A stretch of 63,654 nucleotides of DNA, filler included, from Octopus bimaculoides (taxonomy: Eukaryota), in assembly GCF_001194135.2 (NCBI RefSeq). It is 9 parts of 9 records of this genome, joined end to end, with 100 filler letters (N's around TTAATTAATTAA, not from the genome) between each part and the next. Parts side by side here need not be neighbours in the genome. Positions count along the whole stretch, not along the records: positions 1 to 15,052 come from NC_068981.1; 8 more parts are not named here. One strand, 5' to 3'. A program made the position numbers and the translations under genes. Within the stretch, counting starts at the first letter, position 1, and each line of letters opens with the position of its first letter. Below, piece after piece: positions 1 to 12,110 of this stretch. The notes under the pieces are model-generated. The model ran no database searches and was not told the origin of the DNA. It worked only from the letters and a program-made list of their open reading frames with translations.

Positions 1-804
1 TATATATATATATATATATATATATGTATAAATATACATATACACACCATCATTTCGTAGAACATGGCAAACGTAGTATATTTTGCAGCAAGTTCGTAAT
101 ACAGTAGTTCTCTCTCTAACATAATATTTATTTTATATGCTTGACACTAGCGCCTCAGAATTTTGTTCAGGCATACAATTTCAAACTCCGTCCATTTCAG
201 TCTCTCGCAATAATTTCAAAGCAAATACGAGAGAGTTATAAAGCGTGCTTGGATGTGTATTTGAGATATCCAGCTTACGTAGATAATTGAAGGATTCTGT
301 GCGAACCTGTTAGGCGAATGAAAGTAAGAATAATGGTTTATCTAATTGTATGATCGCTAGGTAAAACCAGCTAGTTGTGCAACAGCTTTACAATTGAAAA
401 CAACTAACAGTTTAATATAAATAGAGATACACTTTAGGATATGTTACGTTGCTGCCAACAATTTTCCCATGCATTTTCAATTTTGTCCTTTAAGTATATT
501 CATTTAGTATGACATTTTAGTGATTGCACTTCATTTATAGTCGTCCATGAAAACGTATGCAGACACATATCTCCACACACTTGAATTGAGATATTGATCA
601 AATAGATCCTTGCAAATATCTTGCGAAACATATGTGGCTCTTTTCAATCAAAAGTAAAGCCAGCATTTGGCGTTACTACATATTCAAAAATGGTGCACCC
701 ACAAAATTTTGAATTATATAAATACATACTAATAATTTAGTTAATGGAAACATAATTATCGATGTGGAAGTACGAGGTTTAAAAAGCGTTTTACTTAACA
801 GTAA

Positions 805-968
805 AGGACTGTGTGGTGGAGGGGGTAAAGAGTTTGCTTCAAAACCACATGGTTCCGGGCTCAGTTTCACTGTGTGATAGCTTCGACCAGTGTCTTCTCC
901 TATATCCTCAAGAAGACTACACGAGTTCTGAATGGATTTGATAGAGAAAAAAGAAAGAAGCTCGTCGT
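805..968 (+). mobile_element. Degenerate 5' half of tRNA-derived SINE family A (octopus-type SINE with internal TA/TG microsatellite)
   Basis: Matches the better copies at 24075-24476 and 61433-61830 (TGTGTGGT...TTGCTT..AACCACATGGTTCCGGG..CAGT...GTGTCTTCT...GAAAGAAGCTCGTCGTATATAT). Confidence 0.7.
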
Positions 969-982
969 ATATATATATATAG

Positions 983-1021
<39 letters not shown>

Positions 1022-1333
1022 CGTGTGTGTGTGTGTAACCGTGCGTGCGTATGTGTGTGTGTGCGCGTATGTGCGTGTATGTGCGCGCGTATGTGTGTGT
1101 GTGAGATTTAGCTACCGAATTTATGTATGTATGAAATTATCCACAATTTTTTGCATTAGTAATTTGCGTTAGTAATCTATATTCTGGTTTTGATAATTTG
1201 ATTATTTACATTTCAAGTCCAATTAATTGTATTTATCATTTTCTATTGCTAACATTGTCATTGCTGTTAGTGTGAATATCACTAAGATATTCATATTTAA
1301 CTCACGGAACGTGCTAAAACAAAGTAGACATAT

Positions 1334-1652
1334 ATACACGCCAGCTTAATCTGAGTCGTTCTCAGTCGAAAGACACCTGCTGTTATTTCTTGTTTTTCTT
1401 GTTGCCGTAGACATTTGCAAGCTTTCTTACAAAGAGGTCTAATGCTCCTAGTTTAGACAATTTTGGGGACAACCACATCGAACCATCTTAGGTGTAACTG
1501 TCCGAAATGGTCATGGCTTTTGGTACTTGACTGAAGAAGAAAGAAAGCCAAGAATGACCCATCTTTTTGCCTGTCCTAATTATTTATTCTCTTGCTCGCC
1601 TCTGTGTCGTTTATCTGTCTGAAGGTTTTAGTGCCCTCTATTGCGTTTTGTT

Positions 1653-1658
<6 letters not shown>
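1334..1658. repeat. ~330-bp unclassified repeat, copy 1 of a near-tandem pair
   Basis: Colinear with 2012-2390 (ATACACGCCAGCT...GTTCTCAGTCGA...GTGTAACTGTCCGAAATGGTC...GGTACTTGACTGAAGAA...TGCCCTCTATTGCGTTTT), about 80% identical by eye. Confidence 0.85.
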
Positions 1659-1690
<32 letters not shown>

Positions 1691-2011
1691 CGGCGTACCT
1701 ACACCCTTGTGTTCACCTTATAGTATGTATGTATCTAAATTTTGTAAGACTCTTATTCTATCTTTTATTCCCCCTCTCATTTCTCGTCCAATTTCTCGCC
1801 CAATCTCTCATTTATCGTCCAATCTCTCTCGCTTCCCTCTCTCACATTTCTTCACCCTCTTTCTTTAACGCCCACTATTTCTCACTCGTTTATCTCACCT
1901 GCATCTTTCTCTTTGTCTCTGATTTGTTTTTTCTAATCCTTCAATCCACTCTTTCCTGTTCGGCCAGCCATGATCTTTTCTCCCATGTTCCTGCCTTTAC
2001 GCTTTCACGCC

Positions 2012-2390
2012 ATACACGCCAGCTCAATGTGAATCGTTCTCAGTCGATAGACGCCTGTTGTTATTTCTTGTTTGTATTCATAATTCTGTACCATGTTCTC
2101 GGTTTTTTTTTGTTTTTTCTTTTGCCTTTGTTGCCGTACACATTCGCTAGCTTTCTTACAAATAGGTCTAATGCTCTTAAGTAAGACTTTTGTGGGGACA
2201 ACCAGATCGAGTCATCTCAAGTGTAACTGTCCGAAATGGTCGTAACTTCTGGTACTTGACTGAAGAAAGAAAGCCAAGATTGACCCGTCGTTTTTGGCTG
2301 TCCTTCTAATTGTTGTTGCTCTTGTTCGCCTTGGTGTGTCTATCTGTCGGAATGTTTTAATGCCCTCTATTGCGTTTTTGCTCCATTTAT
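2012..2390. repeat. ~380-bp unclassified repeat, copy 2 of a near-tandem pair
   Basis: Direct repeat of 1334-1658 with an extra ~45-bp T-rich segment. Confidence 0.85.
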
Positions 2391-3427
2391 AAATANNNNN
2401 NNNNNNNNNNNNNNNNNNNNNNNNNNNNNNNNNNNNNNNNNATATATATATATATATATATATATATACGTACAAAAGTATTTTTATGTTATAACTACAA
2501 ACTTACATTTCATACAAGCATATATCGTTTGATAAAGTAGAAATTAATTATTGTTTAAGAAGAATATTATTGAAGTTAAACATGGCTAACCCATCATCGG
2601 ACTGCGGCACATAGATTTTATCTTGGCTGTATCTATTTTGTATTAAGCTAACATTTCCCAGGATAAGATGAGATCTCTTGAATGACAAATATTTGTTTGA
2701 TAACGTAAGGTGTGATGGGGAAATGTGGTAGAACAATATTTCTTTTTATTATTATTATTGATTTTAGGGTTACTATTCAGAATTTATTCATCTATGTAAC
2801 AATCTATTTATACGTTTTAGTCAATGTTTAATTGTTTTGGGAATAAGAAATTTGAAGTTCAGAGTTCAGTACGGCCTTTGAACCTTTATAATTAGGTGTG
2901 TTTATTTAGGTGTATCAGATTTTCGGTAATGGAATTTTAAATAGGTGATAACTTTCAGTTGAATGCTATTCTTGTGAAACAAAGAATATATAAATGCACG
3001 TGTATATTAATCTGTATATACTTGAAAGTTGTTGAATCTTGATATGATTTTTAGCGTTTAATCTCATAAACTGCCCTCATATTTTTGCAACATTTGTTTG
3101 TGTAGAGAAATCAATGTATGACTGTGAGCATATATACAATACAACTAAAAAAAGGTAGTATAATCATAAATTTCATCCACAAAGTTTCGGGGTAGATATG
3201 AAACACAATGAAAAGATACCAGGAATTGTGTGAAGACTGGTTCAATTACTACGTCACGACATGATGCCTCAAATGCTCACATATAACATATGGAATTAAC
3301 TAAATGGAGACTGATATTCCGTGTATATATATCACAATGACAACGCTGAGTTACAACATATCTTTGAAAAATTAACGTTATTGTGCAATAAGTGTTTGAA
3401 TATCACTACTTCATTGCCAGGAGAGTG

Positions 3428-3496
<69 letters not shown>

Positions 3497-3555
3497 AGTA
3501 TGTGTGTGTTTGAGTATGTGTGTGAGTATGTGTGTGTGCGTGTATGAATGTATTT

Positions 3556-3705
3556 TTTGGCTATGTGGGAAGGGGTTTGCTTCCAAATAACATGGTTCCA
3601 AGTTCAGTCTCTCTGCGTGGCATCTTTAGCAAGTGTCTTCTACATTAAAATCGGGCCCGTAGAATCCTTGTGCGTAGATATAGACGGAAAGTGTGCGTAA
3701 CCGTT
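3556..3705 (+). mobile_element. Degenerate 5' half of SINE family A
   Basis: GGCTATGTGG...TTGCTTCC..ACATGGTTCC..GTTCAGTC..CTGCGTGGCA...GCAAGTGTCTTCTAC...TAGACGGAAA, as in the other family A copies. Confidence 0.7.
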
Positions 3706-6012
3706 GCATATATGCATATATGTATGCATGTATCTTCGTGTCTATGTTTATCCCCTACGAACTCTTGCGATGTCGTTATGCTTATATAACTTATATTCGC
3801 ATGAGAAAATATGTTGCATAGAAATTTACCGATTTGTTGTACATCATTTGTGTGTGCATTTACGCATGTATCCAGCTTGCTATCTACTTATTTCTCTATA
3901 TGTATATATGTATATATGAACATATACATACAAAGACTTATACAACTAAAACAATAATCTATCCTTCAATCCAATGTGTGTCATAATATCGTAATTGCCT
4001 GAACCATCTCAATTTCAGAATAGAAGAGCGATTCTTTAGGGGATCACAGTTAGTCAGTTACGACGAAACATAGAGAATAACATTTTTCTTTATGCCAGGT
4101 GTTTAAAAGAGAAAAGTTTGCTAATCGTTAAGTATAAATATATTTGAGTTGTGAACTATTATATATATTCAACATGTGACGATAGCATCTAATGAATCTT
4201 TTTAGATGCTAGGAAAACAAAATTAATCTCAAATATATATCATGTATGCAGACCGGAGGAAATGGCTCTCCCAACACGAATCGACCGCTTTTAAATTATT
4301 GTAACATTCAGTAAATAGGAAATAATATTCAGCGAAATATTATACTTGGAAATTAGTTTCCAACCTGCAATATGAAATTAGTCGCATTAAGAAATCTGCT
4401 CTCCCATCTGTCTATTAATAACTTGACTCTAACTGGAATGACGATCTGATTTTTACCTAGGTGAACTCTGATTCTTGTCACATAGGATGTCAATAGCTAA
4501 AGAATATACTCAGGGAAAGGGATTAGAAGAATTGCTATATTTTTTTTCCAGTAGAGAATTCTGAAGTCATTTCAATATTTCAGCAAGACAGGAATATTTC
4601 GCTTTTTCCTTCTTGTTGCTTTATATTCCTCTCTTCGTATGTGATAAATATTTGGAAAATACTTCATGAGTTACTGCTAGTTTATAAACTGCGTCAATAG
4701 GAAGCTACTTGCCAAAATATTCAAATACTGCAAGATACAGTAATGATATGCACATTTTTAATGAGCTTTTTTTTAGATTAACAATTCCGTTTCAATTATT
4801 TTACATAATCATTGGTTATAGCCCCGATGAATTTCTAGTTAGCTATATAGAACTGTCATTGTATAAACACATTGGTTAAACGTATTATGATGCGTTTTTT
4901 TTTTTTTTTAGATTTTCATTTTCACAAGTGTCTAGCATAACATATGTAGAACTGTATGTAGATAGGCCAATAAATTGCTCTTGGTATTTGGAATATATAA
5001 TTTAATTCCCTTTCAAGGAAAACACTGTTTAAGACTATTCACGATCTCGGTGACAGGATTTTTACTTGAATAAAAACGCGATAGTTTCAATCACATTGTT
5101 CCTTTTGTTCGTGTCGTGACTGACAGCTATTTGTAGCGAGCTTCGTGTTAACATATCTCTCTCTATAACGGCTGATGTAGCAAGTAGTCCAACAAACATC
5201 GAGAAATGTATAATGATTTAAATATAGGCATATATTAATGAAGATATATTTTATATTCATTCTTTCATTTAATTTACGACACATAAATATTGATCACATC
5301 CTTCACACATTTCGAATTATGTTTGATAATAATTGTCGCTGAATAAATGTCAGATATACGTGAATAACCACTTGAATATGCATGAGTGTGTGTCTATACG
5401 TAGTGTGGATATTGTATATTACGATAGCCATCTTAATTGTTGTAGAACATACAGCTACGGAAATTCAGAAATAATATACGTACAAAACGTTAATTTGTAT
5501 CTAGATATTCAGCATATTCCATTCGGTATTTTTATAGATACGAACAATGAAAGAATCTGATTTATAATTAGTTTAATGTGTTTAACGTATCGGAGAATCA
5601 ATCAATACTAGGTTAATTTTGAAAAATACCATAGCGTTCAAAATATATATTAATTAGAATTTCTTCTAGCACTACGTCCGGGATATATAAAGAGAAAATA
5701 TCTCCCACTCTCTTCCTTCATAGTTGTAACTCGTCTGCCCTCTCTCTCTCTCTCTTTCTCTCTCCCTCTCTCTTTTTCTCCCTCCCNNNNNNNNNNGTAA
5801 CTCGTCTGCCCTCTCTCTCTCTCTCTGTTTATGCGGTCATCTTTGAGTTTCATGAATTTTGAAGTTATGTATGTAGTCACGTTGTTACTATATGGGCTGC
5901 CTACTTCTAATTGGCCTGTCTACTTAGTTCTACATAAGTTATACTACTCTTAAATTTGCACCTTTCTAATACCACGTTATAAAAGGGGTATTTTGTGTGT
6001 AATTTTATCAGT

Positions 6013-6089
6013 GGATTAACAAAGTGTTTGGTCATTGGCGGATTAACAAATTATTTGGTCATTGGCGGATTAACAAAGTGTTTGGTCAT
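6013..6089. repeat. 27-bp tandem repeat, ~2.9 units
   Basis: GGATTAACAAAGTGTTTGGTCATTGGC / GGATTAACAAATTATTTGGTCATTGGC / GGATTAACAAAGTGTTTGGTCAT, head-to-tail with no spacers. Confidence 0.95.
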
Positions 6090-6139
6090 ATGGATGACCT
6101 CATTTGAATTATGGTAGGACTGAATATGTGTGTGAACAT

Positions 6140-6600
6140 AGCTTGAAAACTCCCGAAACACATACGCAACTACTTCCCTCACTCATATAAATACTAGAAA
6201 AGCGTATCGACTATTTATCAAACACAATAAAAACAACAATATTGAGAACACCTCCCCAAAGATCCTTCAAATCCACATCTTCACTCACCTGTAACTTGAC
6301 GAATAGGAGAAAAGAACTAGTGTACAGGGGCAGAAGTATGGATTTGAAAAGAAAAGTTAATACTGAAATGACGGGAAACACATTCTAATTGAGATAGATG
6401 CAGAATTAAGACCTGTTCAGACATAAAATGAAAAGTCACACAACGTCTTTATCCAATACTGGATAAACACTTAGAGAGGGCGGTGTGAACAGCCCCATGT
6501 AAAATGGAGCATTATAGCTAGGGATGGGGTAACAAATCGAGCTCTGTATTATACTAAATGTCATAACATCAACAAGAAATGTTTGAACTATTATGGATGA
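6140..6600 (+). mobile_element. Highly decayed Penelope-like element GIY-YIG endonuclease region
   Basis: Broken translation EMTGNTF*LR*MQN*DLFRHKMKSHTTSLSN...VKWSIIAR resembles the PLE endonuclease motif G.T..TFK.RY..H...FR......TSLS..IW....IKWSII.RA. Confidence 0.5.
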
Positions 6601-6781
6601 AACCCCTCACACCGTATCTACAAGCAACAATTTAAACTCCGAAATTTCACCACCATTTTCCCACTCAGTCAACCTGAATAAGTATTTTTTTTTTGGACAT
6701 CGATTATATGCATTATATGAACACTATGCATGAGAGACATATAGCCCCATAAGCATATGATGGGTTCTCTTATTACATGGA

Positions 6782-7420
6782 TATACGAAGTACGTTCAAA
6801 AAGTATGGTCGTGTTTTCGTTTTTGCGCAAAAAAAAAGAACGAACGCATCGAGCAGAGATTAAAAACCCATGTCTTCATGACATCGTGGTCGGGGTTTGC
6901 ACTGTACGGCATGTCCTGAGCGATTTCCATGCGGAGTTCCTTCTGCTGTTTCACCAACAACTTGGGGAGGAATTTCGTCAGCACTATCCGCATACACATA
7001 TCTTCCGTTAAAATGGAATACGCTAATGCCACTTAGCACTTCGTGTGCAATTTCTTGGATTTTAACATGAATATTCGACGAATATTCGCAATCAGCTCAT
7101 CGTTTCGGCTTGTGCATGTCCTGCATAAGTGTGCCTCGCCCTCCAATAAGGTGCACTCATTTTTGACGCGGTTGTAACACTCTTTGATCTAAATTTGACT
7201 AATGGCATCATCGTCAAAGCCTGCTGAATCTTCTAGTTGGTTCCAGCTCGAGCACCAAGAAGCTTTCAGCAAAATTAATGCATTGTTTCTGCTCCATGCG
7301 TTCAGTGGAAATGAAAATTCAACTATCGCACAGTACACATCTGTAATCAAGGCATAATAGGCGGGAACTGACGCGGCACCCAAATTTTCATGCATCCGCA
7401 GATAGGGTGGTGTCACTATC
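6782..7420 (-). mobile_element. Tc1/mariner (mariner-family) transposase remnant, internally deleted
   Basis: Minus-strand broken translation MEQKQCINFA...DDAISQIKECYNRVKN...NDELIANIRRI...IQEIAHEV...ILTEDMCMRIVLTKFLPKLLVKQQKELRMEIAQDM...TWV is the mariner N-terminal HTH up to the first catalytic D region. TACGAAGTACGTTCAAAAAGT at 6783 resembles a mariner TIR next to TA. Confidence 0.8.
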
Positions 7421-7571
7421 CACCCAGAGTATTTTGCCCACAAGGCGTTAGTCTTGGCGAGGAAACATAACTCGAATATTCTTCCATCTGTACATGAATA
7501 TATTGGTAGCCTTGTTTCCTCACAAATAAAGTATATATAACTGCTAAAAGAAATTTTCATATTGCCTTTTT

Positions 7572-8850
7572 ATAAAGGAGAAAACAGAGCAGATGCTAAA
7601 CATTACAGGTCTATCACTCTCTCTTCATATGCAAGCAAGGTCACGCAACGCATTGTCAAAAGGAGACTGATAACGTTCCTGGAAACAAATTAGTTACTCA
7701 CAAACACACACCATAGTTTCCTTCCGGAGAGAAGCTGTTTCACACAGCTACTGTAGCGTCGTGACTGGGTACTGAAATGGCAGCTCTACCACTCAAATCT
7801 GGACGTGATATATTTCGACTTTGCCAAGGCCTTTGACAATATTGATCATGAGATGATCTCTCACATACTGCGTGACCTTGATATCTGTGGAAAGCTGGAG
7901 AATACTGGAATGACATTTTTATGCAGAGATGTGAGACAGTTGTAGACAATGGTGCTGTCTGTCTGTCTCTGTCCGTCTCTCTCTCTCTTTGTTTCTCTTC
8001 TCCCCGCCCCATCTCTGTCTCTCTAGGGAGACATTAATCTGCACCTGAATCCCCCATGAAACTATTCTGGAATCACTGCTGTTTGCGGTGGCTCTTTCAG
8101 ACATGCCCTTATCCATAGAGTCAGCTATTCTCACCAGCTACGTTGATAATAGAAGAGTACCACAAGCGATCAAGGGCCTTGATGACATACTACATATGTA
8201 CATCTGCAAAATGACCAGCATACAATATACAAATGGGTTGTTGAAAATAACATGCATTCTAATGTGGAGAAGTTTCACGCAATCTACTATCGACCAACAA
8301 AAAGACTAGAGTTTGAATGTGCAGGACCAGTGTGTAGTGAATGTCAGGTTCAGAGTCCGTGCATGAGTAATAATGCAGCACTCTATATACATATTGCAAA
8401 GAGTGCAACAATGTGCAAGCGAGTAGCTGGAGGGATTCTAAGAACATTCGGAACCAGAGAAAATGATATCATGCTACTCCTACGAGAACTTTTGTGCTCA
8501 ATCTTTTGGATTACTGTTAACAATTGTAGTTAACTTAAAGTGTCATTCGGTAGACAAAACGTGAGACAATCTGGCGTCACTAAACAAAGAAGATCGACTC
8601 GTTGAAGTAGATGAAGCAACTGAGTGAAGCAAAAAGAACCGAAGCTCGACTTCCTACAGAAAGGGCGTGAAATATATGCAGTAGAAGATTTTGGAAGCTC
8701 TTGGAAGATCCAGCTTCCAACTATGATTGAAGGATGTATCACCCACGGACCTAGATGATACTGCATAATACGAATGATCCTGTTTACCATTTCGAATCAG
8801 GAACCAGTACCATAAAAGTTTGTAACGAGAAAGTAATGAGCATCCAGCCA
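7572..8850 (+). mobile_element. CR1/Jockey-group LINE reverse transcriptase pseudogene fragment
   Basis: KGENRADAKHYRSITLSSYASKVTQRIVKRRL...SCFTQLL...LDVIYFDFAKAFDNIDHEMI...(microsatellite at 7955-8025)...TILESLLFAVALSDMPLSIESAILTSYVDN = degenerate YRPISL / DFAKAFD.VDH / GT.LGPLLF / YADD motifs, with stops and frameshifts. Confidence 0.85.
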
Positions 8851-11389
8851 AATAAACTTATGGATTACAAGATATACATGTGAAGGTCTTCAAAGGGAGT
8901 GTGGACTAATTTTTATTTGAAATATCGGAGAAACATACATCACGGCAAGAGAAACAAAGAAGAGTGGCTTCTTCCAACTTGCTGCTTCACCAAAAATAGT
9001 ACAGAAAGGAAACCTAAAAACACTGAAAAGCGGTGGTCCAGTACGGGACCAGCCTTTGGCTGAAACAATTGGAAGAGGAATCATATATACATATACACAT
9101 ACAGTTATACGTGTGGAAGCGTCCCTCTGTGAATGACTGAAATACCTAAAGGTTAGTGTTCGCACTGGACACGTCGGTGTGTTTCTGTTCTTTTACATTC
9201 AATACTCTTACTCTTTAGCGTCTTTGGAATGAACAATATTTCATGCATTCTCTAGTAATTAAGGATTTCTGTTTCCTGACTATGAATCAAGCATAAATTG
9301 GAGATGTATTTCATAATTTGAGTTGGTTAAGTGATTGAAATTGTAAATGTTTAGACTACTTTGTTTGTGACTTCTTATTTCTCATGTCTTAATGTCGAAT
9401 TAGATCAACCTTGAATTTTTCAGTAAGAATAATACGATTCTATTTAACCGTTTTTCTTAGTTATACTTATTAATTATATACTATTATATTAAAATTTATA
9501 TGTTTATATGTGTTCGAATGCCATAATGTGCGGATTGTCAACATTTATACGTAAAATCTCTGTCCTTTTTTTTAAGATCAAGTGCTGCTGTGTTGGAATT
9601 TGTTTTTTTATAGTTGAGAATATGGGTATTAGCAAAATTGCATTTTGCATAAATATATGGTGATAGCAAGTTCACATTGCTCTTAATATGTTTGGGTTTG
9701 ACAAGAGTTCTGGATCAGGCGAATCGTCAGAGGCTCGGACCACACACCTTGAGGTATTTTCTTCTGATCTTTATCTTTCTGAAATGAAACCCCAGCAAGA
9801 TCTATTTCCATTTCCTTCTCCACACACACCACACCCCCGTATCCATAAAATAATTTGCTAATCAACTACTGGGGTTGATTTTATTGACTAATATGGTCTC
9901 CTGAAAATTGCTGCCGTTTCTGCTTTGATTAGGTTCCCTATAACTGGGACTCAATAAATTGGATATCTATGACATACTCATGTACTTTTTATCGAATATA
10001 CTATCTCTCAAATGCGTGACATCGTGTCTCTTCCTGAAATTGATAGATTTAAGGTGTTTTAATTATAGAGCATGGAATGCCGGATTATTTGTAATATTGT
10101 AATTCTTGCAGTAAGTTTACATTCAGAGTTCAAATCTTAACCTGGATGGAACACTTCGTTCATAATCCCGTCATCGATAAATTTCAATCACCATTTATGT
10201 CATGAGTTTGACTTAATTAGCTACATACATCCCCTAAACACTTTTGGCCTTGTCAAGATACAAGAATCAATACCTCTTTAATTGTCTCTAAATTTAACTT
10301 TCATCATATGTTTTTCATTAACTGTATTTCAGCTAAAATTACACAGCTGGATATCTTTCTGCAGATTTCTCTCCAAAATGGGATGTGATTTTCTTGTAAA
10401 TGGATTTTAGAAAGTGAAAGAAAGAAATATTTAATGGCGCACAATTATGTAAGCAAGTTGAGTAATACCAGAGGCATAAATGCATTTGTATCATTCTATT
10501 CTTTTCTATTCACTTCTATTCACTAAACTTTGAAAACATGTACAATGGAAGTTAAATTAATTCGTTGCTATTTTAAGACGGAGGAATATTTTAAGAATAT
10601 CGCAAGCAAACTATTATTTTGCATTATTACAATTTCATAGAACGTAAAATATTGTAATTTCAATGGAAAATAATTATTCCGCAAAAATTTCTTGAGTACT
10701 CAGGTTAATACCCGTAGTGATGTTACATATTATAAAAGAAACACGAGATGCTTTGTATGCAAAATAATAATGGTTTGGTTATAAGCAAAAGGTCACATAT
10801 TTCAGAGAAACATGCTGTAATATTTGAATGATATTACATCTACACACACTGAGAGGAAGTAATTTAACTCTTACCCCGATGCAATTTGAAAACGAAGCGA
10901 TGTAATAAGTCAAGAGATTCTGTAAAGCATATTGCTCATTCTACCAGTTGGATGTGCTATTACATCATACAATAAAAACGAAGTTGTTTTGATATTAAGT
11001 ATACCTATTGGTTTGGAAATACAATACGCGTAGAACGCATATACAGCAATTTTTAGTGAACCTTCTTCATGCTCTGTGTATATAATTGGGGTTAAATTTA
11101 AATGTATAGCTATGTCATATTTTTTTATCAATTGCCAAAGACCCTTCAACTAAGGATCGCTTCTGCATTCCATCTCAGATTTTTTGGTGTCTTTATTTCC
11201 ATAACTTATATTCTGAGAATTTGTCTTATTTTCATTTAAATATTTATTGTAACCTGTGAAATTAATACATCGATCATTTCACAATAGCATTCACAATATT
11301 TAGACGATATACATTAATCTTGCCGTGTGTATGAACTTGCATGTTCCATATCCATTCTTTGACAGCATTTGTAGTTATAATATCCAACT

Positions 11390-12110
11390 GAAGAGGAAAC
11401 CCGATCATTGAAATAACAACTCAGCTCTGCGATATAGTGTGATTCTGATGATAGTGATGTATATTGGCGAGCTTGAACCTATTTTAAGGACATTAATAAA
11501 ACAATGAGTTTGAAAATCCTTAAATAACATGTGCTATAGTGGTTGTATATTTGAAGTTTATGGTGCGTTGCAAGAGTGAGTTAAGAATGATTTGAAAGAG
11601 CATTTATATTTTGTTCTGTGAGATATAATTTCAAATAAGAAATCTTTTGCGGTGTATTTTCTGATGTTTCAACAACTCTAGAGTTGGAAGTTTTTTGAGT
11701 CATAGCTTACATCAGATATGGTCCCAGGGTATCAACATCGGAAGAAGGCACACATATTCGTAATCGAGGCGAGATTTTTTTCAACCACACGACGACTACA
11801 TATTTGCTTTGAGATAACTGAGTAGTATGAATAAATATGAATTCCTGGATACGTGTTAAGTCTGGGAAAATCAACGAGATTTGTGTAGCAATAGAGCGAA
11901 GAACACTTTTGGCGTCAAATGTGTTTAAATTGTAAGTAAAACAAATTGTTGTTTAGAACGTACTGCTTCTTTTAGAGCACACCTATTAATCTTTTGTCGG
12001 TCCTTCAGAATATTGTTTCGGAATTAAAATAATCGTTATGAATTGTTTTAGTCCTACAACTTCCTCTCTTTTGAATTGCCAAGTATTGGCAAAGTAGACA
12101 TCCTTTTTCT
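11390..12110 (+). mobile_element. Possible ancient piggyBac (PGBD-like) transposase relic
   Basis: Only frameshifted traces in the expected order: acidic DSDDSDD; IWSQGINIGRR; ARF..TTRRLHI (cf. MSR.RF..I.R.LHF); KQIVV..RTASFRAHL (cf. DEQLV.FRGRCPFRQY); FGIKII (cf. YGIKI); NCFSPTTSSLLNCQVLAK (cf. LCDS.T.Y..N.QVY.GK). Confidence 0.35.

Noticed and set aside
1567-2184. 205-aa hydrophobic ORF as a membrane protein
   Set aside because: Made of (TA)n, a CT-rich tract and the T-rich repeat unit; the hydrophobicity is a compositional artefact.
5726-5823. Short duplications across ~10-N gaps (also 19430-19650 and 58123-58200)
   Set aside because: Identical sequence on both sides of a tiny gap is an unmerged contig overlap.
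6013-6089. 27-bp repeats as a CRISPR array
   Set aside because: Head-to-tail with no unique spacers, no cas genes, and a eukaryotic context.
10330-10390. Candidate internal exon after TGTATTTCAG
   Set aside because: Weak donor, short frames without recognisable content, and no partner exons.
11150-11230. Minus-strand KTPKNLRWNAEAIL resembling the histone H3/CENP-A loop1-helix2
   Set aside because: Flanked by stops, with no ALQEA continuation or splice sites; chance similarity.
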